DNA of 64,000 nucleotides. Source: Hormiphora californensis. Lineage: Eukaryota > Animalia > Ctenophora. Each line of letters opens with the position of its first letter. Positions within the stretch are counted from its first letter, which is position 1. The notes beneath the pieces are model-generated. The model made no database searches. It was not told the DNA's origin and saw nothing but the letters and a program-made list of their open reading frames with translations. The position numbers were made by a program, and so were the translations under genes. Location of the stretch: the NCBI GenBank assembly GCA_020137815.1, contig CM035361.1:620001-684000 (forward strand), read 5' to 3'. This document shows, one piece after another, positions 13,401-26,800 of this stretch.

Positions 13401-16400
13401 CCCTTGAACAGTTGCCCCTTACTCCCCCTCCCATGAAGAAATAAATAAACACCATGCTATTCAAACGAATATGTCCCTCCTGTACTGCAGGTGAAATTGA
13501 TACGGTACGGAGCGAACAAGCGACAACTGCTCAACTGACAGATCTAAAGAGCTGTACTGTTAGTAGAGTTACACTCGATAGGACGAACGACAAGACCATC
13601 GATGAGGTACGTGCATGGTGTAGGAACCGACCGAATCAGAAAATACTGGTCCCTGATTGGCTGATAACCAGTCACGTGACCTAAATAACGAGTTCTGATT
13701 GGTTGTTTACTTGTTTCGGTCGGTTCCTGGTATGGTGACTAATGATCTCTCTCCGTCTTGTTCTTCGGACAATAAAACCCATATCCAGACTTTTATTCCT
13801 CAAACAACTGACAATATGTTACCGCACAACTGTGCCAATAAAATGGTGTCCTGGACAACTTACAAACCATCTGTATCCTGCACACTAGGTTTCCAGTATG
13901 TTATTTGAGGAGGGATCAGTTCACGATGACCAACCGGAGTTGCCACACGACAATGCCCCGTCTAGAAACATGAAACGTGTTTCATTCATCCTGCCATACT
14001 CAGGTAACGTAGGTAACCATGGTAACAGGTGATTTCCAATTTCCATGGTTACAGAGGTAATACAATTCCAAAGAATCTCAATTTATAACTGTCAGAATTT
14101 CTATTACATATCTTTGAATGATACACATCATCCGGTCAGTGTCAGACAGTGCCACAAGTAGAGATATAACGACAGAAAGAGCGGTTGCAGATCCCACCAA
14201 GTTCTTTTTAAATCACGCTACCAGGGACCGGCTAGAGGTTTGTGTTCTGACAAGGGAGGGTCAAGCAACTAGAGGTTTGTTCTAACAAGGGAGGGTCAAG
14301 CAACTAAAGGTATCATGAGATCCATCCGTTTGATAAAACTCAAAGGACTTTGTACTTTTCCAGACCGAACATTCGACACAACACTTCGTTCGTGTGCCCC
14401 CCCCCCCCCCCCGTTCGTGTTATATCATTTCATGTATGCTATGTATTACGGATGTTATAATTTTCAGGAGGTCGCCAAGCACGCTCCAAGGACACCAAGT
14501 CCAACTATTGGATCACACACTGATTCAGAGAGCTGCACGGCCACTGTCAATTGGATAGTTCGAGATTTATTCACCGGGGCAGTAAGGTATAGAATACAAT
14601 TGCCAAAGCAGTATGGTGTTAGCTCAAACAGCTTGGAATTTAGATTACCGTCGAATATAAATTGAACAGTACTTCAAACCTTCTCCTCGCTAGCATTTGT
14701 AACTTCCGACACAGGTTAGAGGGAGGTGTGGTTTCCACAGCTAACGAGGGGAGAATGTTATGTACGGATGGGCAGCGTGGTGTCACCGTGTTTGTGTGGA
14801 TGGAAAACAAGCACTGTCAACAGGAACAAGGTAGTGTAGATCCGATTTACCGAGCTTAAAGGAACAAGGTAGAGTAGTCAGGACCCGATTTACCGGGCTT
14901 AAAGGAACAAGGTAGTGTAGAAGTCAGGACCCGATTTACCGGGCTTAAAGGAACAAGGTAGTGTAGAAGTCAGACCCCGATTAACCGGGCTGTTCGACAG
15001 TCGAACAACCAATTTGTAATCATATTTATAGACGGTAGGAGCTAGGAATAACACAACCCATAATTTCAGTTCATGTGTACACCCTTGGTTGGGGTGTGGG
15101 ACTCCGTTTCTCCGACCGAGCAGCACTTGCAAAAGAAATGAAGGCACTCAAAAAGGCGGTTAAGGAGAGAAGCACCGATTTAACCAGGTAAAGCCTAAAG
15201 GATTCTAAATCTCCACTCACTTCATCTGGGATATACAGTCGGACCACGATTCACCGGGATGCTCGGGGAAAGGGTTTTACCGGGTAAATCGGGGTGCCCG
15301 GTGTATAATCGGAGTCAAATACATACATACTATAAACTTTCTACAAAGGGAGAACTTTTAAAACTGATTTCTAGATGTTCCATGTGGGTGGTAGGACGAT
15401 GTGGGGAGGAGGTACTGAGCGAGATTGAGAAACTTCTGAGGAAGGTCGTTAAAGGTAGGTGCAATCTTCAATCTTGTACGTTACTTCTTAACTCTAGATT
15501 CTAGCTGTACTACAGCCCATTTAGTGTGAGGCACACTTACACCGATATATTGTTCTTTTCTTTGTCTTTTTCAACACACAGTTTTACACTCTTTGTTTGC
15601 CTCCAAACTCTATCAACACTCAGTTGTGTAATTAAACTCTCTCTCCCTCCCCTCTCTCCCTCTCCCTCCCCTCTCTCTCTCTCTCTCTCTCTCCCCTCTC
15701 CCCATTTCTCTCTCATTCTCCCCTCTCTCACTCTCATTCTCTCTCCCTCTTTCTCCCATTTCTCTCTCTCCTCCCCCCTCAGTATCGCGATGTAACTGGA
15801 GCCTGTGCAACTCGGACCACAATTGGATTGCACTCGACTGCTTCACAGGTAAATCAGTTTGTCGGTTTGTACCTCTGTTACGTTACAAACAAACAAACAG
15901 ACTGAAATGTACATCATGTACAAGTTTCTACTCTCTTTCCCATCTACCACCCAAGTTAAACCCCAATGCTAAACCCTCTCCCATCCTAGGCAACATGGTG
16001 GTTTGTGACGTTCTCCCCAGCCAAACCACTGGGACAACGGAACTCAGCTGTACGGAAAACCCGATTCCAACCAACACTGGAGCCGCAGGGGTTGAGAACA
16101 GGAGTTGTTACGATGTTAGTGTTATTGAGAGTGCCGCGTTCACCGAGTTGGTTTCTGAACAGTATTAGTTTTATTATTTAGTTAGTGAGTTCTTGAGATG
16201 AGAGATTCAATTGTATATAAGATAATGACACTGTAGTCATCGATTATACCATGTTTGTATGTACATTCAGAAAAAAGTATGAAATCTGGAATTTTACCAT
16301 TTTTCGCACGTTGTCTATTTTTCATTGTAAAATTTTGAGATATAATATAATTCTTTAGGTAGCACTGCTTGTACAACTTATAACACTGCGCAGTGTTATA

Positions 16401-18769
16401 AGTTTTCATGTATAACTGCTGGCAGTGTTATAAGTTTTCATGTATAACTGCTAGCAGTGATACATGAAAACTTATAACACTGCTGCACTCAGAACTCCTT
16501 ACTCCAATGTTTCTGTCACACTTAAAAACCGTTAGAAAGATAAGCATTTACGAACTCCCTCCCTCTCTCTCTCTCTTTCTTCTCTCACACTGTCTAGCCG
16601 TTGCAGCACCGAGATCAAGATAACAGTTACGAACTCCCGGACCCACGTCCCACACATTCTTTATCTCTCTCACTCTCACTAATCTCTCACTCTCTTTACC
16701 TATCTCAGGCGTTATCTTATCTTATACTGATATCTCTGCCTGCTACCATATCATGAATTCGCTCTATTGTTACGCCCTAAAGTGTCTCTCACTCTTGTTT
16801 TAAAAATTTTACAATGCAATTTTATTATGCCTATTTTCGTTGTACCTGACGTCAACAATAATGTCCCAGATTCTTACACTTTTAGACCTCGCAGGCTCGG
16901 TCAAAAAGTAAAACTACATCACTCGCAGGCTCGTGAGGTAGTTACACTTAGTGGCACTCGCAGGCTCGTGCACTAAAGTACAAGAATCTGCCTCGACCTA
17001 TGGTCTCGGATCATTATTGTTGCACTTATAACACTCGACCTTCGGTCTCGTGTTATAAGTTTTCAGGTACAACTTATAGCCATAATAAAATCCTACATTA
17101 TACCACAGGAAGTATGAAATATGTTTATTTATTCGAGATTGGATATGTCTGCGTGCGAATTTATTCTTTGTCGCTTTTTTTGTCTCTGCAATTGCAACTG
17201 CTTCTATTTTGTTTTTTCTTTCTCTGTCTCTTTCTCTATCTCTCTCTCTCTCTGTCTCTCTCTATCTCCAATGTACAAGAGACGTCGTGTTCGAGTGTAA
17301 TAATGCGATAATTCTCTCTCTCTTCATTTCCGGGCGGCACCAAGATATAATTACAGACGCTAATTAAATGTCAGTACATACTACTGACTCAATACATTGT
17401 TCAGAATGTACACAGATACTCAAATTTAAAGATACATTGGAATACATTCAAGTATGTACATCACAGCTATTGTTTCGTTAGTGTGTATGAATTTTAGATC
17501 AAATTTCAAGGCTCAGTTCATGGTGTTTGTTACTGCTTAAAATAATTCGAACATGCGTGAAGTGCGGCAAGCTTTTTATTGCCCCACACACGGTAAATTA
17601 AAGCACAATGTGAAGAGAAAATTTCCAACACACAACTTTAAAACTTCCAACAAAATTGATCCTATCTTGTTCCAAAGCACGAGTTTTAGTTGCTTGTTTG
17701 ACCGGAATTTTACATAAATCACACAATATGATAAAAGGATGTCTTGAGAACTGTAAAAAGTATATACAGTGTAGAAAATGTACAGGCGTTGGAACAAGCA
17801 ATTATCGAGCAAGAAGCTCCATAACTGTTGTACAGTTTAGAAAACAGGAAACGTGCAGTGTCGACATTTACATATTATGATGAACTGAAGTCTGGTTATC
17901 ATATAACAAGCAACACAAAACAAAACAAATAGACACACAAACTAACAAACTAACAAACAATTAACAAATAAATAAATTATTAAGCTAACAAATAAATAAA
18001 CAAATAAATTAACTAACAGACAAATAAATTAACAAACAAACAAAGGTGTACCTGGAAGAGCTCTCCATTGCTGATATAACCGTCCTGATCAATGTCGTAT
18101 ACTTTGAAGGCAACTGAAATGTTGGAGGGTACAATTAATGAGGGTTAGAACATAACAAGAAATTGTACCAATATCTTGAAATGAAGCTATATTTTGTGTA
18201 GAATTACAATTAATCAATATATTCCTGCATCTAGAGTATCAAAAACGTACATCTTAGTTTAGAATCCTTGTCGGCACCCTTCACCGTGAACTGAGAGAGA
18301 CCCTGGACGAACTCTGAAACATTTTGTTGTTAAAATACTCCTCAATATTGTTACATTCGGGCTACAAATTATTCTGAAGACTTCATTCTAATGTGAAACT
18401 GATACCTCGAAACATAGTAGTTCCATTTGATCGACGAAATAAACTATTGAAACTAACCTTTAAAGTCAATTTCCCCATTTCTATCAGTATCGAACAAGTC
18501 AATAACCCTTCTAACGAGAGGGTTCTGTTGCAGCTCCGGGAGACTCATGAACTCATCAACAGAAATAAATCCATTCTTATCCACGTCCAACTTTTTAAAT
18601 CGCTTTCCCAGCCTCCTCAACTCCTCTTCGCTGACTAATAAAGAAAGTTGGACGATTATGTGTGATGGATATTCGATTTTACCGATGATGTGAATACAGA
18701 ATAGGTTAAATCAAACTTACACTGGGTGTTTTGAGCTAGACCTGCAGCAATTGACTGTTCGTTACCCAT
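4471..18769 (-). CDS. PPP3R1: Calcineurin B regulatory subunit; exons 18769-18721, 18634-18458, 18313-18251, 18113-18052, 7064-6942, 4521-4471
   Basis: Spliced translation [174 protein letters not shown]. Myristoylation MG, four EF-hands, all junctions GT-AG and in phase. Confidence 0.96.
8730..16168 (+). CDS. Uncharacterised multi-exon gene (helical, possibly TPR-like) nested antisense in calcineurin B intron 4; 5' end uncertain (possibly ~7960-8600)
   Basis: AG/GT-bounded open segments, e.g. ~9189-9376 ([14 protein letters not shown]...), ~10040-10153 ([26 protein letters not shown]), ~10610-10747, ~10866-10971, ~11107-11266, ~12449-12584, ~12736-12908, ~15784-15848, and a terminal exon ~15990-16168 (GNMVVCDVL...ELVSEQY*). 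Phases are consistent at the 3' end. Confidence 0.65.
8889..9078. repeat. 20-bp minisatellite (GACGTCACATGGTTTGTCGT) x ~9
   Basis: Near-perfect tandem array; most units contain TGACGTCA. Confidence 0.95.
10249..10357. mobile_element. 109-bp hAT-type MITE (TIR CAGGAACCGACC), 8-bp TSD GTTTTGAC
   Basis: TIRs and a perfect 8-bp TSD; about 11 copies of this family in the window. Confidence 0.9.
11294..11391. mobile_element. Tc1/mariner-type MITE (TA-CAGTCGGAC...GTCCGACTG-TA)
   Basis: CAGT termini and TA TSD. Related copies at 28158-28322, 36106-36172, 36341-36425 and 36585-36725; fragments at ~15235, 32286, 44915, 47520, 55420 and 56680. Confidence 0.85.
11584..12308. mobile_element. TA-flanked non-autonomous DNA transposon with GGGTAGAAAGGGGTAAA TIRs and repeated GGGGTAAAATGG motifs
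   Basis: TA-GGGTAGAAAGGGGTAAA...TTTACCCCTTTCTACCC-TA; many internal copies of the 12-mer in both orientations. Confidence 0.8.
13621..13729. mobile_element. 109-bp hAT-type MITE copy
   Basis: Same family as 10249; TSD GCATGGTG/GTATGGTG (7/8). Confidence 0.88.
16340..17100. mobile_element. Palindrome-rich non-autonomous element (ACTTATAACAC...GTGTTATAAGT motifs)
   Basis: Repeated ACTTATAACAC/GTGTTATAAGT hairpins at 16375-16485 and 17023-17060; boundaries approximate. Confidence 0.5.
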
Positions 18770-19449
18770 GGCTAGAGATTGGGTAAAATGTAATAACTAA
18801 TATCTATCTATAGGTTACAAATTTATCAGAACAATTATGAGATGGTTTATGCTTAATATTGAGATCTAACACAACTTGTTATCTTGTCATCTTGTTATCG
18901 TCTTCGTGTAAAAACTACACAAGATTGAATTGTTGATTTGTTTTGGGTATCCGAGTACCGGTGGCCGATCCGGAAATCTCGTCATCCATTTCCCCAGAAC
19001 GACGCGACGGTAAGTCTTCCGCTAACACCTCGAAAAATTGCCCCGGGCTCCCAGTGAGCCAAATCTCTAAATTCTCTACCTTAAATTTATATTTTTTTGA
19101 CGAAATTTCGAGTTTTACGCAGGGATGCCCCCGCAAGCAGGGTCCAGGGGCTGCAAGCCCCGGTGGATGTCGAGGGGGCGAAGCCCCCGGAAAATTTTGA
19201 CGTTTTCGCGATGATTTCAACAATCAGAAAGCGCTTGAAAACTTTTACGGACGAAAATTTCACGGAAAACGTTAAAATCTGGGTGCCTTCCATTGCTTAC
19301 AATTCGTAGTTTTGGCGCGCGCGACGGGTTAGGGCTATTTGTTAGGGTCTGGTTAGGGTTTGGGGTTATCGGTTAGGGCTATCGATTCTCTAACAGATAC
19401 CGTTTAGTTTACTCAAATTGGCTATGTGGTTGCGTGGCTATAGCCGTTT

Positions 19450-19950
19450 GAAAAAAGTCGGTCTATACTCCATTTTTTTTCAACTGCTCACCCCCCAAAG
19501 TCGTGCGCGGAATTGTTTTGTGCGTTTATCACATGTTAACGTGTAGCGCGCGCAGCGTAAAGTGCGTTTCAAACGACTTGACCTGAGATTCCTGGAAATT
19601 CAGGATTTCCCCTTTGTAAATACACGCGCAATGCGCCAAATTCCAAGAATTACGGGTCAAGTCGCTTGAAACGGACTTTAAATTAAAATATCGCACGCGC
19701 ACGAGTTGAGGGGTGAACAGTTGAATAAAAATGGACTTTAAGTGTACTCTTTTGGTAGCGCGCACCTGTAAACAGGCTGCAAGGCACCCAGATTAAAGTC
19801 GGATTTTTTGAAACTGTCACCCCAAAATGACCGCGCATGTGAAATTTATCAATTTTGACGCGCACACCACACGTTAACATGTGATGTGACGCGCAAAAAC
19901 ATTCCGCGCACGAAAAGGGGGGTGACAGTTTCAAAAAATCCGACTTTATA
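19450..19950. mobile_element. Foldback element with nested inverted repeats
   Basis: 19482-19550 is the inverted counterpart of 19859-19930; internal imperfect hairpin at 19560-19680. Confidence 0.6.
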
Positions 19951-20772
19951 ATCGCGCCCAAATTTGAAATTTCACTTGGCAAACGTTGCTGGCCCCCGTT
20001 GCAGCGCGGGATAAGGCAGCGCTTTTCAAAAATTTCACTTTCTGAGTTTGCGGATTTAATTTTTTTCCGCGGAAAAATGTTTTTTTTTAATTTCGCCGCG
20101 CGCAATCGACGATGCGCAGCGCAACTGGCAACGCACATCAGAAAACTTCGCTGCGTCCAAGCATCCCTCTTCAAATAGAAAAAAACGGCTGATTTATACA
20201 GTTTAAATTTCACCTGAAGCCTGTTTCAGTATGGGACAATAATTGACGACAAGCAGCTCTCAGATCTGATTGATCAAATTGTGAACTAAATTAAATATTC
20301 TTAAATATATCACAGATTTAAAAAACGACTTCTCTGCAGTATCTCCTGTTGGAATGGAAGTGTACAAAATCGGGCGTGAATTTATATCTCCTAAATTAAT
20401 ACAGCTACTACATACATACACACACACACAAATAAACCGGTGGTAATTCAGTCCTCGTGTTGTCAGTAGGATAAAAAAAGTGCACAAATTATCTCTGGTG
20501 AGTGTCTCTGCTTCATTGGCAATGTGAAATACCCGCAATTACAGTGGAATCACAATCAGCTGTGTCCGGTATCAAATGGCTCTTTTTGGACCTCTGAAAA
20601 CACTGAAAATAGGGAATTGAAATTAGAGTGACTGGGATTGGGAAGGAAATAGGGAATGTACTAAAGTGATACGCACTATTTATCTCGATGACTCATCACA
20701 GATTTGCTACAGAATTAGAAAAAAGTAGCAAAAAGTGAAAGGGGGAGAACTGAATATTAAATCAATATTAAA

Positions 20773-22836
20773 TTAATACTCACAATCTTTCCCATTGGCT
20801 AGGTTGATAACTGATTTGAAGTAGTACGCTGGTAGAATGCCTTTGTCATTTCCTTGACACAGTATTACGCCGTTTGGCGACCGGTAAAAACAGTATCCAT
20901 CTAGGGGAGGGTTAAATTTAAGCCAACCACAGCGCAGATTTCGATGTTTTTTTCTTCCCACGCTACCGTGGGAAAAACCGTGATGGCTTAAATGGTGTAA
21001 ACGCTGTGTAAATACTGTAATTTTTTAGGGATCCCTATTGGCAGTGAAATTAATGCCCCTGAAATGCCCCTGACAGTGAACTGAATGTTTCAATTCCATG
21101 GGAAGCAAATTGGACAGATTTAAGATTGGACAAGACCGCCACTACAGATTCCAACGCGCGCTGATCTCAACCTTGGTGTCTCCGCGCGTCACAGTAAGTC
21201 ATGTCCCAAAGTGTGACCGAGAGAGGGCCACACACATGGCGCGATGACTTCACACGCTAAGTTGAATTTCAAAAACAAACACTCGGCAAAGAATAGATTT
21301 CTTACCTGACAGGGCACTTTGCAAGTCGATGTAAATAGCAATTTGACAGTTGGACCTCATTCCACTAATGACCTGCCGATCCTTTGGTAGACCCCTTGCA
21401 AAGTGAATGTGAGTCCGCCTCATACGAGATAAGCCCTGGGAGAGGAGAGTTGTTATAATAGGAAACCCTGGTGGGAGAGGAGAGATGATTTAGAAAATGA
21501 ACATTCCTGTGTGACATTTCGAACGAATCAAGATAAAACCAAACGTATGATTTATGAAATAGAGCCATGAAAGCCCCCCCAATACGATGGTGCTGGCTCG
21601 AAATGAAGACCAGACTCTAACCTGATCTCTAATGGACTGCCACGCTTCCTGGTAAGTACCATGGACAATGCAAGGTTCCTCAGAGGCATCCAAAATGGGC
21701 TTCAAGTCCAGAGATTTTACCTATAACAAGGGGTAGTGTAGGGATAGTGTAGGGGTGACTGCGTAGTGTTATAGGGGTGACTGCGTAGGGGGAGATTAGA
21801 ATTCTTTTGCATGGATCTCAACTGGAAAAAGGGGTTTCATGGGAAATTCACTTTATAAGGGAACCTTATTAATTAATGCGCTTAGAGCACAGTAGCCGGA
21901 GACGAGCTAACCCTCAAACCCACTGTAAATTAATTAGATTAATTAACGAATATTTTACCTCAACAGAATGACCTTGATTTGCCTTCACCACTGTCCTCCC
22001 ATTTCTCTCATCAACAGCAAATCTCTGTTTATCATTTCCCTCAATCAACTGCAGCATCTCACTTTCTGTCACACTTAGCTGGGTGAACGCAGCGAGGGAG
22101 AGAACTTCGTCAAGGTAGAAATATCCACCTGTAAGGATAATTGTAATGTAAGGATATTGCAAAATGTATGCAGTATGGGAAATATTGGAGGATGTTTGTC
22201 TTGCTAGTTGCTGAACCCTATGACATCTTGCTAGTCTCTCCCGCGACCCTTTATCTTAGCATGCCAGTAAAACGGGATTAAATCCGACTTTATTAATATT
22301 TTACCTGACAGCATTTCTAGTCGATCTGCACCGAGGTTGCGATGTCGACACACAGCACTCAGCATCTTGGATATTTTCACCGGCCGCTGAAAGAGGGTAT
22401 AAATTAGTTAATTAGTTGTTGATGGTGTTTGGAAGGCAAATCAGGGCCAATATAAAACGGAATTTTCTAGAAAGAGAGCAAAAGGAGTGTTGAACAGCTA
22501 AGAGAGCAAAAGAGAGAGTGTTACACTAACTAAGAGAGAGTGTTACACTAACAAAAGAGAGAGTGTTACACTAACTAAGGGGAGAGAACTGACCGATGAA
22601 GGTGACCCCCCTGTACTTCTCCTTCCTGTACTGCCACTTCTGGAACCACCACTCTACATGGGGAGAAGAACATTATTGTTAGTGATAGGTGAATGGTTGT
22701 GTTCGCAGCGTACCATGCAGCATTATAAAGTCGAAAGTCAGTTAGTTGGTCCTGGTGGCGGTGCTGATCAAAGAATACTCTGTTGTTAGTATTGTGCAGT
22801 GGTAAAGCAGTCAAGCTTGTGAAGAGAGGAGGGAGA

Positions 22837-22905
<69 letters not shown>

Positions 22906-22984
22906 GAGAGCTAGAGAGAGATAGAGCAGAAGGATGCTAGAGCTATATATCGCGATAGACTAGTTCTCGCATCTCTCTCTCTCT

Positions 22985-23068
<84 letters not shown>

Positions 23069-23698
23069 TCCCTCCCTCCTCCCCTTCCCCTCCCCGCCCT
23101 GAATCTTTCTTCATCTTCGGGCTGATTCTGAGATGCACAGCCCTCACGCCACCGGCCGGTCCCCAAGCTAGCACAGCCAGATAAAATAGAGATGGGCAGG
23201 GAAAGATTAGACCCATCTTCGTCACACGTGTGAAGATGGTGGGCACATTAAAACATCATGCCAACCTAAGCCTTTAGCCTAAACGGCTACAGCTAGTATA
23301 GCAGATCTGCACATCACATACATCACATGTTAGATATTCACACACAATCACACAATCACACCCACACCTAAATAATAGTATGATTTCAAGTCCCATGCAA
23401 AGAACAAGATTGATGGTATTATGTTACCTCTCCCACTAAGAAAGGAGAGACACGAAAACGACACGATTGCACTTTTAGCATAAAAAAGATGCAAGATGCT
23501 ATTTCTACGCAAAATCCCCACTAAGATGCACTAAACTACAAAAACTGCTACAATTGCTGCTACAAGTTACACAATACTGCTACATTTTCTGCTACATTTT
23601 CTGCTACACACAATAGCAGGTTACACCATGCCACACAATGCTTGTTCACTCACTCTCCTATTACGGCCACCACCACGGCCCCTACTAGGTCCTGACAT
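20773..23698 (-). CDS. TRPT1: tRNA 2'-phosphotransferase (Tpt1/KptA); exons 23698-23654, 22653-22594, 22386-22305, 22128-21959, 21720-21622, 21435-21306, 20900-20773
   Basis: Translation contains the Tpt1 motifs ISKMLSAVCRH, NDKQRF, KANQGHS, VHGTY, GLSRMRRTHIHF, ISGMR and FYRSPNGVILCQG. All junctions are GT-AG and in phase. Confidence 0.93.
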
Positions 23699-23863
23699 GA
23701 CGCTACAACTGTTTGAGTTGGATTAGTTTAATTGAAACTGAGTAACAGTTGGGATTTGGGAGTGAAAACATCTTGAAAGTTGAAACATCTCTGTTTGTCT
23801 GCATGTTGGTTTGTCTGCATGTTTGTTTTTCATTTTTTCGGTTTGTCTGTCTGAACTACGTAC

Positions 23864-26800
23864 CACATCAACCAGCTCCGTAAAGGTTGGAATAACAAAT
23901 CCATCCGTTACACCTTCTGATTTAGGTCTCAGTGGCCGAGACGATCTGTTTGGATTGGCAATAGCACCCGTTCTCAAACGTTTCTTCATCATGGAGGGGT
24001 GTCGCCCAGAAACAGAGGAACTTGGAAGTTTTCCAATTTTTGGAGATGGTGAGGTTTCAGATCGAGTTGTTGGCGGGGTTTGGTATCCAGATGGCGGGGT
24101 CTGGTAGCCTGTTGGAGGAGTCTGGTAACCAGCCTGTAGGTTAGGTTCTATTACAACATGCGTGTTCCAATTGTAACCACCGTCAATTCTCGTTTCCGAG
24201 CTATTATTATTGCTATCAGACTTCCTCCAATTTTGATCAGTATCAGCAGTTCTTGTTTTGTTTTCATCTTGCCAACTTCGCTCATCATTCCTCGTTTCCG
24301 AATTATTAACATGATCATTCTGCCAATTATCACGGCCACTCTGCTGACTCAAATTATCCCCTCCACTACGGGGTGTCCCACAATTTGATGGTGTGTTGTA
24401 TCCCGCCTCCCACCTTGAGTCACATAGTTGGGGCCGAGGGGATGGGGAAGAACCGCGGCTGCGGGGTGAGTCGAATCGGCCTTGAGGAGAGTCGAATCGG
24501 CCTTGAGGGGAGTCGAATCGGCCTTGAGGTGGGCCACTGCGGGGTGTGGGAGAGTTGACTCGGCCAGGATATTGACCGCTGCGGGGAGAGTAATTATGTC
24601 TCTGCGACCCGGGACAGTACCCCCTATTATTGTATCTGTGGAGACTATCTGGAGAATCAAATCTGCTATCACGCCGAGGAGGTGGTGCTGGGGACCTACC
24701 AACCTCAAAACTATCGTCAGCACTTGCAATCCTCGACAGTTCCTCATCATATGTCCCCCGACCTCTTGAGATCAGGTAGGGTGGAGGGGGTGGTTCTAAT
24801 CCAGGAGGGGCACGGCCTCCACGACCTCTGGGATGCGGTTGAGATGGTCTCTCATGCCCCCGGCCTCGAGACTGAGTGGGAGGGTGAACGGGGCCTATAA
24901 ACTGCTGTGGAGGTGGGGGTCGCATATCCGGTGGAGGCGGACGTTGTTGCGGAGCTAGGGATCGGTGATCCGGTGGTGGAGGTCGATGGTCGGGAGGAGG
25001 CGGTCGCTGCGGGAAGGTGGGACTACAAAACTGATGCCGTGGAGCCGGGGGAAATGTTCCGCTATTGAACTGTTCGATCTGTTGTACAACATCGAATCCT
25101 TGGTTGTAAAATTGTGAATCCCTTTCTCCTTGACCATTGTAATGTTCCTGCTCGTGGTGATGTTCCTGCCGATGTTCCTGCCGATGATCTTGCCGATGAT
25201 CTTGCTCGTGGTACTGCCGGTGATCCTGCCCGTGGTGATGTTCCTGCCCCATCCCGTTTGACTGGTAGCCAGTACTCCCTGCTCCACCTGTAAATTGATT
25301 GCCACCACCTGCTCCTTCATAAACCACAGTAGGGGAATTGAATTGATTGCCGGACCAGGGTGGGTGGGGTGGTGGTTGGAGGCCCGGTGGGGGTCCTGAT
25401 GGCAGTTGGATGTCTGCCAGTGATACAGCTGGGGGTGGAAAGTTGTCTGGGTGGAAGTTATGAGGTTGGTTCTGGAAATGAACATTTTCAGTCCGTCCAG
25501 AAAGATATGGATTTTGGTACGATCCAATGTTTGGTGTGGGCCGGACACTATCCGGTGTGGAAACCCGTGAGGAGCCACGGGGAATGAACTCTTTGCTGAA
25601 CACATTGATCCCTGATTCGGGTGTAGCTGTCCGTGGTGGTGGTTGATGGGGAGACTGGCTTCGGGGTACAAACTCTGCTACATCGGCATTCAACCGACTA
25701 GTAGTGATTCTTTCCCCCTCGTTCCGACTAGAGGTGATTCTTTCCTCTTCGTACCCCTCATCACTCTTAGATCTCTTGCAGGCTGGTGATGAGGTAGATG
25801 ACGTTTGGGAAACGTTGGCTGCGGAGACACCATCAGTGCTAGCCGGGGAGAGAGATACACCATCATTTTCTCCAGCGGATATTTTATCATATGACCTGTT
25901 TTTAGGGTGCTCCAAATTATCCAAAAAATTTCAAATTTCTCCAACTTTTTTTAGGTGTGAGGTTTAGTGAGAAAAGCAATTTCCCAATTTTTTTTTGAAA
26001 TCGGAAGTCATTTAGGCTAATCACACGCTACTTATGTAATTAGCCAGGCGCGCGGGAAGTACAACTTCCATTTTGACGTATTTCAACCTTTGGACGATGT
26101 TATGAGTTCCAAACTAGCTTGATGACTCTTCTGAATGACTTGTTTCTACCTTAGATGTACCCTAGTGACCGAAGATGCCATAACAGGACATGCCAAATAT
26201 GCCATAGCAGGGAACGCGTGGCTTGCCAGCGCATATTGGATAAGACTTCATTTTATGCCTTTCTGGGGTCTTTCCATGTGACCTTTGTTGTTGATTTTGT
26301 TGTTATAGAGGCCCATAGATGTCAAAAGAGGAGCATAGGTGGCCATAGAGACCCTTAGAGGCCCATGAAGGCCTCTGCAGGCCCATAGAGGCCCATATAC
26401 GTACATAGCAGTGTACAGAGGTTCATAGAGTCCCCTGGAAGGGCCATACAGACCCATAGAGTTCTATAGCGGCGTTCAGAGATTCAGAGAGGACTCTTAG
26501 ATGGCCATACATAGCCACTGAGGTCCATAGCGATCCATAAAAGGCCCATAGAGGTCCATGGAGGCCTATAGAGGTCCATAGAGGCTATAAAGGACCTGAA
26601 TGGGCCTCTATGGAGTCTCTATGGATCTAGATGGGCATCTTTGGCCCTCAATCGGTCTCTATGGTACTCTAGGGTGCCTAAACGGGACTGTATAAGTCTA
26701 TAGTAATCTGTACTGGCCGCAATAAGTCTTCATGACCCTATAAAGGCCTCTTTGAACCTCTTGGAGCCGCAATGGACCTCTATAGGCTTCTGTGGACCCC

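Noticed and set aside
25896-25924. ORF-track start MDNLEHPKN for the 733-aa ORF
   Set aside because: It lies in the transposon TIR/TSD and uses a non-ATG codon; the exon begins at the acceptor at 25895.
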